A stretch of 64,000 nt of DNA from Terrimicrobiaceae bacterium (GCA_044342325.1 JBIIPZ010000015.1:1-64000); one strand, 5' to 3'. Numbered from the stretch's first letter, positions 9,137 through 18,888 are shown. Made by a program: numbers and translations. Notes: generated by a model not told the origin, from the sequence alone.

Positions 9137-10366
9137 ATGAAAACATCACAAGACTCGGCTCCTCAGGCATCAACTTCCAAACCCAGCGCTTCGCAAGCCG
9201 TCGATCTCGAAGTCAAAGACGCCAATCTCATTTTCAATGCCGCTTGGCAGGATTTGGTCGATGAGGTCGGCATCGAGGGACTCCAGTTTCCGAATGAAGT
9301 CATCTGGCTGAACGGCGCTCCTGGCGCCGGCAAGGGAACCCAAACCCGCTTCATCCAAAACTATCGCAGCCTCACCGCCGAGCCGATCGTGGTCAGTTCG
9401 TTGCTCCAGAGCCCGGCTGCGCGCAAGCTCATCGATGCCGGAATGATGGTTGGCGACCGCGAGGTGACCGGCCTGCTTTTGCGGGCGCTCCTGCACCCCG
9501 AAAACCAAACCGGCGTCGTGGTGGATGGCTACCCGCGCACGAAAGTCCAGGTCCTCTGCCTGCGCCTGCTCCACGAAAAACTCAACACCCTCCGCCACCA
9601 GTATATCGGAACCCCGCTTGCGGCTCAGTTTCGCAAACCGATGTTCCATATCGTTGTTCTTTTCGTGGACGAGGCCGAATCCGTCCGCCGTCAGATTCTC
9701 CGTGGCGAACGCGCCCGCGCCCATAATGCCGCAGTGGAGGCTTCCGGAGTCGGCGAGATGGTTGAGACGCGCGCCACGGATTTGTCCGATGAGGCAGCCC
9801 GCAACCGTTACCGCACTTTTAAGGAGGTCACCTACGAGTCGTTGAAAACCCTGCGCCAAGTCTTCCACTACCACTATGTGAATGCCCACGGCACGGTGGA
9901 TGAGGTGCAGCGGCGCATTCAGGACGAACTTCGCTACCAAAGCTCACTGGAGCTGGACCAGAGCACTTTCGACCGGATTTCCCGCATCCCAATTGCCCGC
10001 GAACTCAGCATCCACGCACGGCAGGAACTCGTCATGCGGTTGGACTCCTACAATGCCGAGCACCCCGACCTCTTCGAGCAATCCGTGGCCCTCATTGATG
10101 AAAAATTTATGCCCATCATCCGCCGCCACAACATGTCCGGCCGGGCTCACATCAACTCCGAGAATCCCCTGCTCGCCGACCCTCTCGTGTTGGCAATGAT
10201 CATCGATATTTTTGCCGACCGAGGCTACGACACGGTCATCGACATCCGCCGCTACGAAGTCCCCAGCAAGGTGAATCCCGAGACTTGGGAAATCGAGAAC
10301 CGCGAAAAGATCGTATGGCGTTTCATTGTCAACTTCCCTGGCTCGCGCATCCGGCGAGGTCAATAA
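9137..10366 (+). CDS. adk: Extended adenylate / nucleoside monophosphate kinase
   Basis: P-loop GAPGAGKGT, VVDGYPRT; about 410 aa with a long C-terminal extension. Confidence 0.75.
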   Translation: MKTSQDSAPQASTSKPSASQAVDLEVKDANLIFNAAWQDLVDEVGIEGLQFPNEVIWLNGAPGAGKGTQTRFIQNYRSLTAEPIVVSSLLQSPAARKLIDAGMMVGDREVTGLLLRALLHPENQTGVVVDGYPRTKVQVLCLRLLHEKLNTLRHQYIGTPLAAQFRKPMFHIVVLFVDEAESVRRQILRGERARAHNAAVEASGVGEMVETRATDLSDEAARNRYRTFKEVTYESLKTLRQVFHYHYVNAHGTVDEVQRRIQDELRYQSSLELDQSTFDRISRIPIARELSIHARQELVMRLDSYNAEHPDLFEQSVALIDEKFMPIIRRHNMSGRAHINSENPLLADPLVLAMIIDIFADRGYDTVIDIRRYEVPSKVNPETWEIENREKIVWRFIVNFPGSRIRRGQ

Positions 10367-11517
10367 TGCGGGAGGGCGTTTTGCAGGGTGGCCTGAGACG
10401 ACTGGTCACGCGCCACGCGTTGTTTGCGCTGCTGTTGGTCTGCGCCATCTCCTGCTTGCAGGCGACCGAAGCCAAACCGACGCTGCGAATTGGCATTCAT
10501 GAGAAGCCGCCCTATGCTTTGAAAAACCCGGACGGCACTTGGACTGGCCTCGCTCCGGGGCTTTGGAAGGGAATCAGCGAATCCACGGGGTTCCCCATCG
10601 AGTTCGTCGAGGTTCCTTACGAGGATTTGATACAGCAGGTGGCGAAGGGCGAAATCGATGCCGCAGCCGGCGAGATTGAAGTTACTCCGGCGGCCGAGAA
10701 AATTGTGGATTTCACCCAGCCATTCCTGACATCAAGCCTCTGCATCGCGCTGAACAAAGTCCGTTGGGAATCCGCATGGAAAAGCGTTCTCAAGGATTTT
10801 TTTAATTGGACGATCGCCAAATATCTCATCGGCATTTTCATAGCCATGCTCGCGATCAGCCTCCTGCTCTGGTTCGCCGAGCGGCATCACGGCACGGGGC
10901 ACTTTCATGGCGGCATCACCGGCATCGGGTCAGCCCTCTGGTTCGCAGCGGTCACCATGACCACTGTCGGCTACGGCGACAAAACACCGGCCACCATCAC
11001 CGGGCGGATCATCGCAGTTTTCTGGATGATTTTCGGCGTGGTGCTCGTCTCGGCATTCACAGCCACAGTCACCTCCAGCATGTCCACGGCGCAGATATCA
11101 AACAGCATCGAAAGCATCTCTGATTTCAACCACCTCTCCTGTGGAACACTCCGCGGTTCCCTCTCCTCGGAAATCCTCCGCCGCATCGGAGTCATGACGC
11201 ACGAATACGAAAGCATCCCTGAGGCGTTCGATGATCTGGCGGCAGGTAAAATCGAAGCCGTCGTGGGCGATCGCAACACCCTCTCCTATGTGAAACGCGA
11301 ATTCGCAAGGCGAAAGCCCCCTGTTCACATCAACATTCCCTCCTTCCGCCTCCGCGAGGCCTTCCTCGCTATTCCGATCCGCGAAGGGCATCCGAACTAC
11401 AAACAAATCAACGAAGCCATGCTGCAGTTTATGATGACCGGGGAGTGGATCGAACTCCTCCAGCAGTGGATCGGCGACACCGCGACCACCAGCCTCACAC
11501 CCGGCTCAGAACATTAA
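10366..11517 (+). CDS. Ligand-gated K+ channel (split family-3 substrate-binding domain plus 2TM pore, GluR0-like)
   Basis: Signal peptide, binding-domain lobe (KPPY, VDFTQPF), TM, selectivity filter TMTTVGYGD, TM, second lobe. ATG overlaps the upstream stop (TAATG). Confidence 0.88.
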   Translation: MREGVLQGGLRRLVTRHALFALLLVCAISCLQATEAKPTLRIGIHEKPPYALKNPDGTWTGLAPGLWKGISESTGFPIEFVEVPYEDLIQQVAKGEIDAAAGEIEVTPAAEKIVDFTQPFLTSSLCIALNKVRWESAWKSVLKDFFNWTIAKYLIGIFIAMLAISLLLWFAERHHGTGHFHGGITGIGSALWFAAVTMTTVGYGDKTPATITGRIIAVFWMIFGVVLVSAFTATVTSSMSTAQISNSIESISDFNHLSCGTLRGSLSSEILRRIGVMTHEYESIPEAFDDLAAGKIEAVVGDRNTLSYVKREFARRKPPVHINIPSFRLREAFLAIPIREGHPNYKQINEAMLQFMMTGEWIELLQQWIGDTATTSLTPGSEH

Positions 11518-12727
11518 CCACGACAGTGCCCCCCATGCCCTGGCCAATCTGAATCGCTGCAGACGGCGACCGCGACGGGGGTGGTGGGTCTTCGGGCAGC
11601 CCGAAGGAAGGATCGATATTCCTTGGCCAAGCGGGCAGCTTTCCAGCACGCAACCCCTCGGCGAGCAAAGTTGCCTCCAAAAGCCCAGAGGCAGCCAATG
11701 CATGACCCGTCGTTCTTTTCATGGCGGAAATCCAAGGCAGATGGTCCCCAAAAACCCGGCGAACGCAGGAAATCTCCGCCGCATCGAAGCGGGGAGTTCC
11801 GGTCGCATGGAGCGAAATCCAGTCCACCGGCAGTTCGCCACCATCCCGGCACAAGGCGCGATTTTTCACAGCAACAAGAAGTTCCTCAAGCACGCGAGCC
11901 TCGGGATCGGGAGCCATGAGATGCCTCGACTCGTTGGCACAGCCGCCCCCACGCCATTCCGCAAGAGGCGCCACACCACGCATCGCGGCATGACTGGCGG
12001 ATTCCAGAATCACGCATGCGGCACCCTCCGCCGGCAGCATTCCCGAGCGACCTGCACTCAACGGACGGCACTCGGAATTTTGCGTCACACTGCCGCCACG
12101 GCCCATGGCGGATCTCAGAACGGGTGAAACCGCAGCGTCTGCAGCCACGGCAACGACTGCATCGAGTATTCCCGAGGCAACAAGTGAAGCCGCCAGATAG
12201 AGAATCTGAGCACCTGTCGCCGACGCAGCATTCAAGGAAAAATCCGCACCACCCAGCCCGTATCGAACCGTGGCAGCCGCTGCAATCGCATTCCCTCTCC
12301 AGCGGCTGATCGAATACGGCGAAAACTTTCCGGAAGCCGCCACATCCCCCTCCATCGCAACCAACCCTCCAAGCGAACTTCCACTCACACACCCGATGGT
12401 CGGCAACCGGTGCTTCGCCCCCTCCCCGCGCAGCCGATTGCGTTCAGGCGAAAGCCCAGCAGCTTCCCAAGCGCGTTCCAGGACGGCCAATGCGAGAAGC
12501 TGATGCCGCGAAAGAATGGCAGCATCCCCCGTCTCCAATCCCGCAGCCTCCGCCAATGCTTCCGACTCAGGAAGCCTCCCCCCGACTGGCCTGTCGGCGC
12601 ACAATGCCTCAAAAAGCCCTTCCACGGAATCACACCCGCCGACGAGAACGCTACTGGCTGTGATGAAAACACGGGACGAATCAGAATGGAACGACACGCC
12701 ACATTGATAAATGGCGGCGCGCACCAA
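11495..12727 (-). CDS. Beta-ketoacyl synthase-like protein with Ser at the catalytic Cys position (start uncertain)
   Basis: GSSLGG, NAASATG, AEGAACVILES, LHATGT, KRTTGHALAASG, GMGGT motifs. Confidence 0.85.
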   Translation of the reverse strand: MVRAAIYQCGVSFHSDSSRVFITASSVLVGGCDSVEGLFEALCADRPVGGRLPESEALAEAAGLETGDAAILSRHQLLALAVLERAWEAAGLSPERNRLRGEGAKHRLPTIGCVSGSSLGGLVAMEGDVAASGKFSPYSISRWRGNAIAAAATVRYGLGGADFSLNAASATGAQILYLAASLVASGILDAVVAVAADAAVSPVLRSAMGRGGSVTQNSECRPLSAGRSGMLPAEGAACVILESASHAAMRGVAPLAEWRGGGCANESRHLMAPDPEARVLEELLVAVKNRALCRDGGELPVDWISLHATGTPRFDAAEISCVRRVFGDHLPWISAMKRTTGHALAASGLLEATLLAEGLRAGKLPAWPRNIDPSFGLPEDPPPPSRSPSAAIQIGQGMGGTVVVNVLSRV

Positions 12728-12800
12728 TTGAACGCAAAAGTGAGCCTAATCCAACCATGCAAATTGATCCTATTGCCCCATCAGGAGTAAGAGCACAATC

Positions 12801-14051
12801 TCATCGATCTGCTTGATCAGCCGCCTGAACAACCCACGCGGGGAAGGGGTCGCGGAACCTCGCCCAATTCTCCTCGCCCATGGCGAGTTCGCGGTCGTTG
12901 AGCAGGCAGGCTTCCAGCTCGGCGAGGAGCTCTTCTTTTTCAAGGTCCTGACCGATGAAAACGAGCATCTGACGGCGATCGCCGTGGGGTTCCTGCCAAT
13001 CTTTCAGGACAGAGCGCCAAGTGTCGTCGTCATCGGGCCAACTGGATTTCGGCGCGGCAGCCCACCAATAGCCGGCGGGGCGGTATTCGGCACTGCCTCC
13101 GGCTTGCGACCAGAGGCCGATCATGTTGTTGCGGCTCGCGAGCCAGAAGTAGCCTTTCGACCGGAGGAGGCCGGGGCGTTCGGTGTGAATGAAATCCCAG
13201 AATCGCTTCGGGTGGAACGGACGCCTTGCGCGGAAGACAAAGCTGCCGATGCCGTATTCTTCGGTTTCGGGCGTGTGCTCGTTATTCAACTCCCGAAGCC
13301 AGCCTGCAGAGGCTTGGGCTTTGTCCATGTCGAAGCGACCGGTATTCAGAATCATTTGCAAATCCACCTTGCCGCGCTGGGATTCGATTATTTCCGCAAC
13401 GGGATTCAGATGGTGAAGGATCGCTCGCAGTTCTTTCAACTCCGCTGCCGGAACCAGATCGGTCTTGTTGATGAGAATTACATCGGCGAACTCCACTTGA
13501 TCGACGAATAGATCCGAAATCGTGCGTTCGTCCTCCTCGCCGAGTGCAGCATTTTTCTCTTTCAATGATTCGCCCGCTTCGTAGTGGTCGAGAAAATTGG
13601 ATGCATCCACCACTGTGACCATAGTGTCGAGGCGGGTGATATTTTGCAGACTCGTGCCCTCCTCGTCGGCGAAAGTGAATGTCTGCGCCACAGGCAAGGG
13701 TTCTGACACGCCAGTGGACTCGATGAGCAAGTAATCGAACCGGCCCTCGCCTGCGAGGCGAGACACCTCTTTCAACAAATCATCGCGTAGCGTGCAGCAG
13801 ATGCAGCCATTGCTCATCTCAACGAGTTTTTCCTCCGTGCGGCTCAACTCCGCGCCTCCATCGCGAACCAACTCGGCATCGATATTCACCTCACTCATAT
13901 CATTCACGATCACAGCCACGCGTAGCCCCTCGCGGTTATTCAGAACATGATTGAGAAGGGTTGTTTTTCCGGCACCAAGAAACCCTGAGAGCACTGTGAC
14001 AGGGAGCTTTTGCGAACTTATTGCCGAATCATCATGGGATCGATTTTTCAT
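12801..14051 (-). CDS. COG0523/CobW-family zinc metallochaperone GTPase (ZigA/YciC-like)
   Basis: [51 protein letters not shown]. Confidence 0.95.
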   Translation of the reverse strand: MKNRSHDDSAISSQKLPVTVLSGFLGAGKTTLLNHVLNNREGLRVAVIVNDMSEVNIDAELVRDGGAELSRTEEKLVEMSNGCICCTLRDDLLKEVSRLAGEGRFDYLLIESTGVSEPLPVAQTFTFADEEGTSLQNITRLDTMVTVVDASNFLDHYEAGESLKEKNAALGEEDERTISDLFVDQVEFADVILINKTDLVPAAELKELRAILHHLNPVAEIIESQRGKVDLQMILNTGRFDMDKAQASAGWLRELNNEHTPETEEYGIGSFVFRARRPFHPKRFWDFIHTERPGLLRSKGYFWLASRNNMIGLWSQAGGSAEYRPAGYWWAAAPKSSWPDDDDTWRSVLKDWQEPHGDRRQMLVFIGQDLEKEELLAELEACLLNDRELAMGEENWARFRDPFPAWVVQAADQADR

Positions 14052-14114
14052 AGTTTTTTAAGCGAGATCGCCGAGGTGGTTTTTGGGTTTGAAAACTCCA
14101 CCCCCGCCTCGTTG

Positions 14115-14180
14115 TTGCATATTATTTGCAATATACAAACGCCCTGAGCAGCGCAATGCCTTTTTGCAAAAAACTTGCAT
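14115..14180. promoter_or_regulatory. Two putative Zur/Fur-type operator palindromes
   Basis: TTGCATATTATTTGCAA (14115-14131) and TTGCAAAAAACTTGCAT (14164-14180), upstream of a COG0523 gene; this family is commonly Zur-regulated. Confidence 0.6.
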
Positions 14181-14226
14181 TTAGGAATTACGATTCATTG
14201 CCATGAGTCGCACTCAGGTCAGTTTT

Positions 14227-14943
14227 TCAAGCGCAGTGATGGCTTTTAAGAAACGCTGCACTTTCGGCCACCATATAATTATCGACGGCCTCCTTGAAGA
14301 AAGCAGCCAAGTCCTCAACGGATGGCAGATTCGGCAGCAGACCTTCAAACCCAGGGTCACTCTCACTGGGTTTGCCAGAGCACAAGCGCTGGAAGGCCAT
14401 ATCGAGGTTTTTTAATCTGTTGGATTTTTCGAACGCTTTCTGGAACTCGTGAAGAGTGAAACCGTGGTTTTGGATGAGTGTGTAAAGGTCAAACCAATCA
14501 CGCGCGTTTGAGCGTTTCGCGCAGACGAGCGCCTTCAAAGCAAAAATTTCATCGAGTTCTGCCACTCGGGGGCCGGATTCCGATGCAGAAGTTAGCAAAT
14601 TCCACGCATCTCTATCTTCAGCGAAAAAGGTGATTTTGACATTTTCCTCCGTCAAATAATCCTGCTGGAAGTCGTGCAAACTCATCCCCGCATTCAGAAA
14701 CTCATCATAGGCGGCGGGGTTGTCGTTGGCGGTCCACCCGGGAAATTTCCTCCTCAGAGCCGCGAGTTGACCGCTTGGTAATTTCATCGCAGGGAAAGCA
14801 AAGTCCAAGTCCTCGCTCAGGCGATGCCCGATTCGCATGCTGAGGGCACTGCCTCCAACGAGAATAAAACCTCTCAAGGCTTCTTCGTTCTCGAGTTGCC
14901 TCCAGAGCACCCGAGTGGCTGACGGCAAGAATTCATCCTTCAT
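14227..14943 (-). CDS. AbiEii/AbiGii-type nucleotidyltransferase toxin
   Basis: FILVGGSALSMRIGHRLSEDLDF, KALVCAKRSNARDWFDLY. ATG at 14943 overlaps the upstream stop (ATGA). Confidence 0.88.
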   Translation of the reverse strand: MKDEFLPSATRVLWRQLENEEALRGFILVGGSALSMRIGHRLSEDLDFAFPAMKLPSGQLAALRRKFPGWTANDNPAAYDEFLNAGMSLHDFQQDYLTEENVKITFFAEDRDAWNLLTSASESGPRVAELDEIFALKALVCAKRSNARDWFDLYTLIQNHGFTLHEFQKAFEKSNRLKNLDMAFQRLCSGKPSESDPGFEGLLPNLPSVEDLAAFFKEAVDNYMVAESAAFLKSHHCA

Positions 14944-15206
14944 AGCTTGGACCCCAGCTCGATATTTTTGAGAATTCGCTTGCTGTAGGAAGAGGCTCTT
15001 TGCGCTTCCGGCGATTGCTCGCGTTCCAAGACAGTCCATTCGTGCTTCACCCGACCTAACCCGATCACGGAAACGATCTTTAAAATCTCCAAGAACCTTG
15101 GACGTAGAAGAGCAGCACGAACATAGACTTCCAACGGAGCCTTTGAATTGGACCATACAAGGCCGGGCACCGCAGCTTTGATGCGTTGAATCTCGGACAT
15201 TTCCAT
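14940..15206 (-). CDS. Small putative antitoxin partner (88 aa)
   Basis: Translationally coupled upstream of the AbiEii-type gene; GLVWSN motif. Function inferred from position only. Confidence 0.65.
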   Translation of the reverse strand: MEMSEIQRIKAAVPGLVWSNSKAPLEVYVRAALLRPRFLEILKIVSVIGLGRVKHEWTVLEREQSPEAQRASSYSKRILKNIELGSKL

Positions 15207-15319
15207 ACCCTGATGTGAAACCGTAATCTTGGGACGGAGACTTTGCCAGTTTATCTACCTTCGCCAGCTGGCGCTTTTTTCTTGGGTCTGATGATGCGCG
15301 GGTTTTTACTCGCCCGCCA

Positions 15320-16408
15320 ATGACCGAGTCGGAAGCCTATATTACTTTGAACATGGTGCCCCGGATCGGCCCGGTGCGGGTTCGGCGTTTATTGGAGGCC
15401 TTCGGGTCGCCCTCGGCAGTGTTGGGTGCTCCGGCAGCGCGTTTGCAAGCAGTGGAAGGCATCGGCCCCGAGGCGGCGAAATCCTTGCACAGCTGGGAAA
15501 GCCATGTGGATCTTTTGGGTGAACTCTCCCTCGTCAAGCAACACGGGGCAAAAGTCGTCACGCTCGCCTCTCCGGATTACCCCGCCCTGCTGCGTGAAAT
15601 CCATGACCCGCCGACTGTGCTTTATATGATGGGCGACATTCTGGAACGCGACCACCATGCGATCGGCGTCATCGGCACACGCAAGCCAACGCATTACGCC
15701 TCGGATTGCACAAAAAAACTCTCCTACCAGCTCGCGTATGCTGGCGTGACGGTGGTGAGCGGTCTCGCTCGAGGTGTGGATACCGCCGCGCATCAGGCTG
15801 CCCTCGCAGCCAAGGGCCGAACGATTGGCGTGCTTGGCAGTGGCTTGTTGGAATTTTACCCGCCGGAAAACAAGGAACTCGCCGACAAGATCGCCACCTC
15901 AGGCGCGGTGATCACCGAGTTTTCCATGCGAGTCAAAGCCGACCGCCAGACATTCCCCATGCGCAACCGGATCATCAGCGGTTGTTCCTTCGGAGTGCTC
16001 GTCGTGGAGGCTGGAGCGAGCAGCGGCGCACTCATCAGTGCCAACCAAGCCGGCGAGCAAGGACGCTCGATCTACGCGGTTCCCGGCCGCATCGACAATC
16101 CAAACGCCATCGGCTCCAACCGCCTCATCCAGCAAGGTGCCAAGCTCATCACATCCGCCGCCGACATCCTCGATGACATGGGCATCCTCTTTGCCGAAAA
16201 ACCCCAACTCACTCCTGCGCGGGCGCCTGAACTTTCAGGCAACGAGGCGCAAGTTCACGCAGCCGTCGGCGACGACGAAGCCCACATCGACACTATTATC
16301 GAGCGCAGCGGCCTCCCAAGCCATACTGTTTCTGCGACTCTGTTGACTCTCGAAATGAAAAAACTCGTCCGCCAGCTCGCTGGAAGCCGGTTTGTGAGAA
16401 TCTCGTAA
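15320..16408 (+). CDS. dprA: DNA-processing protein DprA
   Basis: YPALLREIHDPP, VSGLARGVDTAAH, FPMRNRIISG, SGALISA, C-terminal winged helix. Confidence 0.97.
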   Translation: MTESEAYITLNMVPRIGPVRVRRLLEAFGSPSAVLGAPAARLQAVEGIGPEAAKSLHSWESHVDLLGELSLVKQHGAKVVTLASPDYPALLREIHDPPTVLYMMGDILERDHHAIGVIGTRKPTHYASDCTKKLSYQLAYAGVTVVSGLARGVDTAAHQAALAAKGRTIGVLGSGLLEFYPPENKELADKIATSGAVITEFSMRVKADRQTFPMRNRIISGCSFGVLVVEAGASSGALISANQAGEQGRSIYAVPGRIDNPNAIGSNRLIQQGAKLITSAADILDDMGILFAEKPQLTPARAPELSGNEAQVHAAVGDDEAHIDTIIERSGLPSHTVSATLLTLEMKKLVRQLAGSRFVRIS

Positions 16409-16444
16409 TTCAGAAGGCGCTACATTTCCGAGGCATTCCATTTC

Positions 16445-17968
16445 ATGAAAAACACCATCCTCATCTTTGGCGACCAGCTCACTTTGCAGAACACCGCGCT
16501 GCAAGCAGGGAAGGCCGGGCGAGATGTGGTTTTGTTGGTAGAGGCGAGGGATTCCGGCCGCGCCCATAAAATCAAACGCGTCTTCCAATTTGCCGCCATG
16601 CGTGAGTTTGCGAAGACTCTTCGAGGGCACGGGTGGGAGGTGGATTACCGGGAAATGGCAGATTCGCCGAGCTTCGTCGATGCGTTGCAGGATCACCTGC
16701 GATACGGCCCGGATGAACTGCTCGTGATGGAGCCGAATAATTGGTCGCAGCAGGAAAATCTGAGTTCCATAGCTGCGAGCGGAATCCCTGTGCGGGTCAC
16801 GCCAACTTGCCAATTTGTCACGCCGCGTGAGGAGTTTTTTCGTTTCGCCAAAGGGAAGAAGCGCCTCCTCATGGAAGCGCACTACCGCCAAATGCGGCAA
16901 AAGCTCGGGATCCTCATGCGCGATGATGGCGACCCCGAGGGTGGCGCTTGGAATTACGATGCTGAGAATCGCAAGACCGTGCGGGATTGGAAAAAGGACG
17001 GCGCTCCCAAGCCTCCTATGGCGATCACCGCACGGCGAAGCGAGAGCGTGATTATGGCCGAGGTCATCAGCGAGGTTGACCAATGGTTTCCTGACGAAGT
17101 CGGCCGTGCCGAGGATTGCTGGCTGCCAACCACGCGCGACGGGGCGCTTGAGGCACTGCAACAATTTATCGAAAAACGCCTCCCGCTTTTCGGCGATTAT
17201 CAGGACCTCATGCTGCAGGACTCTCAGACGATGTTTCACAGCCTGATCGCCGCTCCGCTCAATCTCGGCCTGCTCCTACCGATGGAATGTGTCGAAGCGG
17301 CGGAGAGGGCCTACAAGTCGGGTGACGCCCCGCTTGCCGCCGTCGAGGGTTTCGTGCGGCAGATCATCGGTTGGCGGGAATTCGTGAACGGCGTGTATTG
17401 GCTGAAAATGCCAGACTACCTGCAATCCAACGGACTCGGTGCGACGCGCAAACTGCCCGCTTTTTTTTACAGCGGAGAGACGGAAATGAACTGCCTGCGC
17501 TGCGTGATCCAGGAGGTTAAAGACACCGCCTACAACCACCACATTCAAAGGCTCATGATCCTTGGAAATTTCCTCCTCCTCGCCGGGATCAGCCCCCAAG
17601 AGGCGCATGACTGGTTTTTGGAAATGTATATCGACGCGCACGAGTGGGTCATGGCCGCCAATGTCCTTGGCATGGCCCTTCACGCCGATGGCGGCTTCAT
17701 GGCCACCAAGCCCTACGCCGGCTCCGCCGCCTACATCTCAAAGATGAGCAACTACTGCTCCGACTGCAGTTTCGACCCCAACAAGAAATCCGGCTCCGGC
17801 GCATGCCCTTTCAACCTGCTCTACTGGGATTTCTACGACCGCCACGCCGACCGCTTTGCTTCGAACCCCCGCACCAGCATGATGGTGAGTGCCTGGCGCA
17901 AACGCCAAGAGGCGGAGAGGGAGACGATACGCCGCGAGGCGGGGAAGTTTCTGGCGGGGATGACCTGA
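16445..17968 (+). CDS. FeS-type bacterial cryptochrome/(6-4) photolyase
   Basis: IFGDQL, GGAWNYDAENRK, RQIIGWREF, HHIQRLM; Cys ligands MNC, YCSDC, ACP. Confidence 0.93.
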   Translation: MKNTILIFGDQLTLQNTALQAGKAGRDVVLLVEARDSGRAHKIKRVFQFAAMREFAKTLRGHGWEVDYREMADSPSFVDALQDHLRYGPDELLVMEPNNWSQQENLSSIAASGIPVRVTPTCQFVTPREEFFRFAKGKKRLLMEAHYRQMRQKLGILMRDDGDPEGGAWNYDAENRKTVRDWKKDGAPKPPMAITARRSESVIMAEVISEVDQWFPDEVGRAEDCWLPTTRDGALEALQQFIEKRLPLFGDYQDLMLQDSQTMFHSLIAAPLNLGLLLPMECVEAAERAYKSGDAPLAAVEGFVRQIIGWREFVNGVYWLKMPDYLQSNGLGATRKLPAFFYSGETEMNCLRCVIQEVKDTAYNHHIQRLMILGNFLLLAGISPQEAHDWFLEMYIDAHEWVMAANVLGMALHADGGFMATKPYAGSAAYISKMSNYCSDCSFDPNKKSGSGACPFNLLYWDFYDRHADRFASNPRTSMMVSAWRKRQEAERETIRREAGKFLAGMT

Positions 17969-17970
17969 TT

Positions 17971-17990
17971 ACCCGGTTGACCGCATTGAC
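17971..17990 (+). repeat. Direct repeat, copy 1 (20 bp), upstream of the four-helix-bundle gene
   Basis: ACCCGGTTGACCGCATTGAC; 18/20 identical to 18831-18850. Confidence 0.8.
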
Positions 17991-18069
17991 AGTGGGGGCT
18001 GAGCTTTGTGACGGGAAGTTTGCAGAGGTGGGTTTGACGCCGCCAAGCGGGATGTAGAAGGCTTTCCGC

Positions 18070-18831
18070 ATGGCAGAACTATTCGACAAACGCGGCGGTT
18101 TCCGGCGGCTGCATTCCTTCACCTTGGCGACGATTGTGCAGGTTGAGACCCTTCGGTTTTGCCGACGGTTTCTGACGCATGACTCGCGCGAGGCGGAGAA
18201 GAAGTTTTACGATCCGAAGGGCCGTCAATACGACCAAATGACCCAAGCCGCGCGTAGCGGGCGACAGAATATCATCGAGGGTTCGGAGCGATCCGCGACA
18301 TCAAAAGACACCGAGATGAAACTCACCGATGTTGCTCGGGCCAGCTTGAGCGAACTGCGCGGCGACTATGAGATCTTCATCCTCGACCGGGAAGAACTCC
18401 CTTGGTCAGCGCACTCATCCGAGGCAAAGGCCGTGAATGCCATTTCCCTGGACGATGCGCCGTTCTCCGATGACATGGTCCACGAGTCGGCAAAACACGC
18501 CCTGGAGCAACGCAAAAAGTATGCCCGCTGGCTCGACTCCCGCGATGCCGTGGTAGTCGCAAACGCCCTGCTGCTCATCATCGGGCGGGCGCTCAATATG
18601 CTGAAAAGCCAGATCGAAGCCCAGGGAAAAGCCTTTGAAGAAACCGGCGGCTTCAGCGAACGCCTCATGACCAAACGCCTCGAAGCTCGCGAAAAAAACA
18701 AAGCGCCATCGCCGGAATGCCCACAGTGCGGCAAGCCCATGCGCGAGCGCAAGTCGGCGAAAGCCCCCTTCTGGGGCTGCTCGGCCTACCCCGAGTGCAA
18801 AGGCACGCGACCGGGAGAGGGACCTCAATGA
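18070..18831 (+). CDS. Four-helix-bundle protein with suffix domain and C-terminal topoisomerase-type C4 zinc finger
   Basis: GGFRRLHSF, DQMTQAARSGRQNIIEGS, VARASLSELRGDYE, FEETGGFSERL, CPQCGKPM...FWGCSAYPECKG. Confidence 0.88.
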   Translation: MAELFDKRGGFRRLHSFTLATIVQVETLRFCRRFLTHDSREAEKKFYDPKGRQYDQMTQAARSGRQNIIEGSERSATSKDTEMKLTDVARASLSELRGDYEIFILDREELPWSAHSSEAKAVNAISLDDAPFSDDMVHESAKHALEQRKKYARWLDSRDAVVVANALLLIIGRALNMLKSQIEAQGKAFEETGGFSERLMTKRLEAREKNKAPSPECPQCGKPMRERKSAKAPFWGCSAYPECKGTRPGEGPQ

Positions 18832-18888
18832 CCAGGTTGACCACATTGACGGCGCGTCAGTGAGGTCAACAAAGTCAACGATGTCAAC
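18829..18888. repeat. Direct repeat copy 2 plus 9-nt-phased inverted array
   Basis: TGAC at 18829, 18838, 18847, then GTCA at 18856, 18865, 18874, 18883; fills the whole gap up to the aspS stop. Confidence 0.85.

Noticed and set aside
14944..15156. N-terminal 71 aa of the tracked 309-aa ORF
   Set aside because: It overlaps the 88-aa partner gene in another frame. The nucleotidyltransferase motifs begin after ATG 14943, which forms an ATGA overlap.
18070..18831. Diversity-generating retroelement or rRNA intervening sequence around the four-helix-bundle gene
   Set aside because: No reverse transcriptase, template/variable repeat pair or rRNA sequence is visible in the window.
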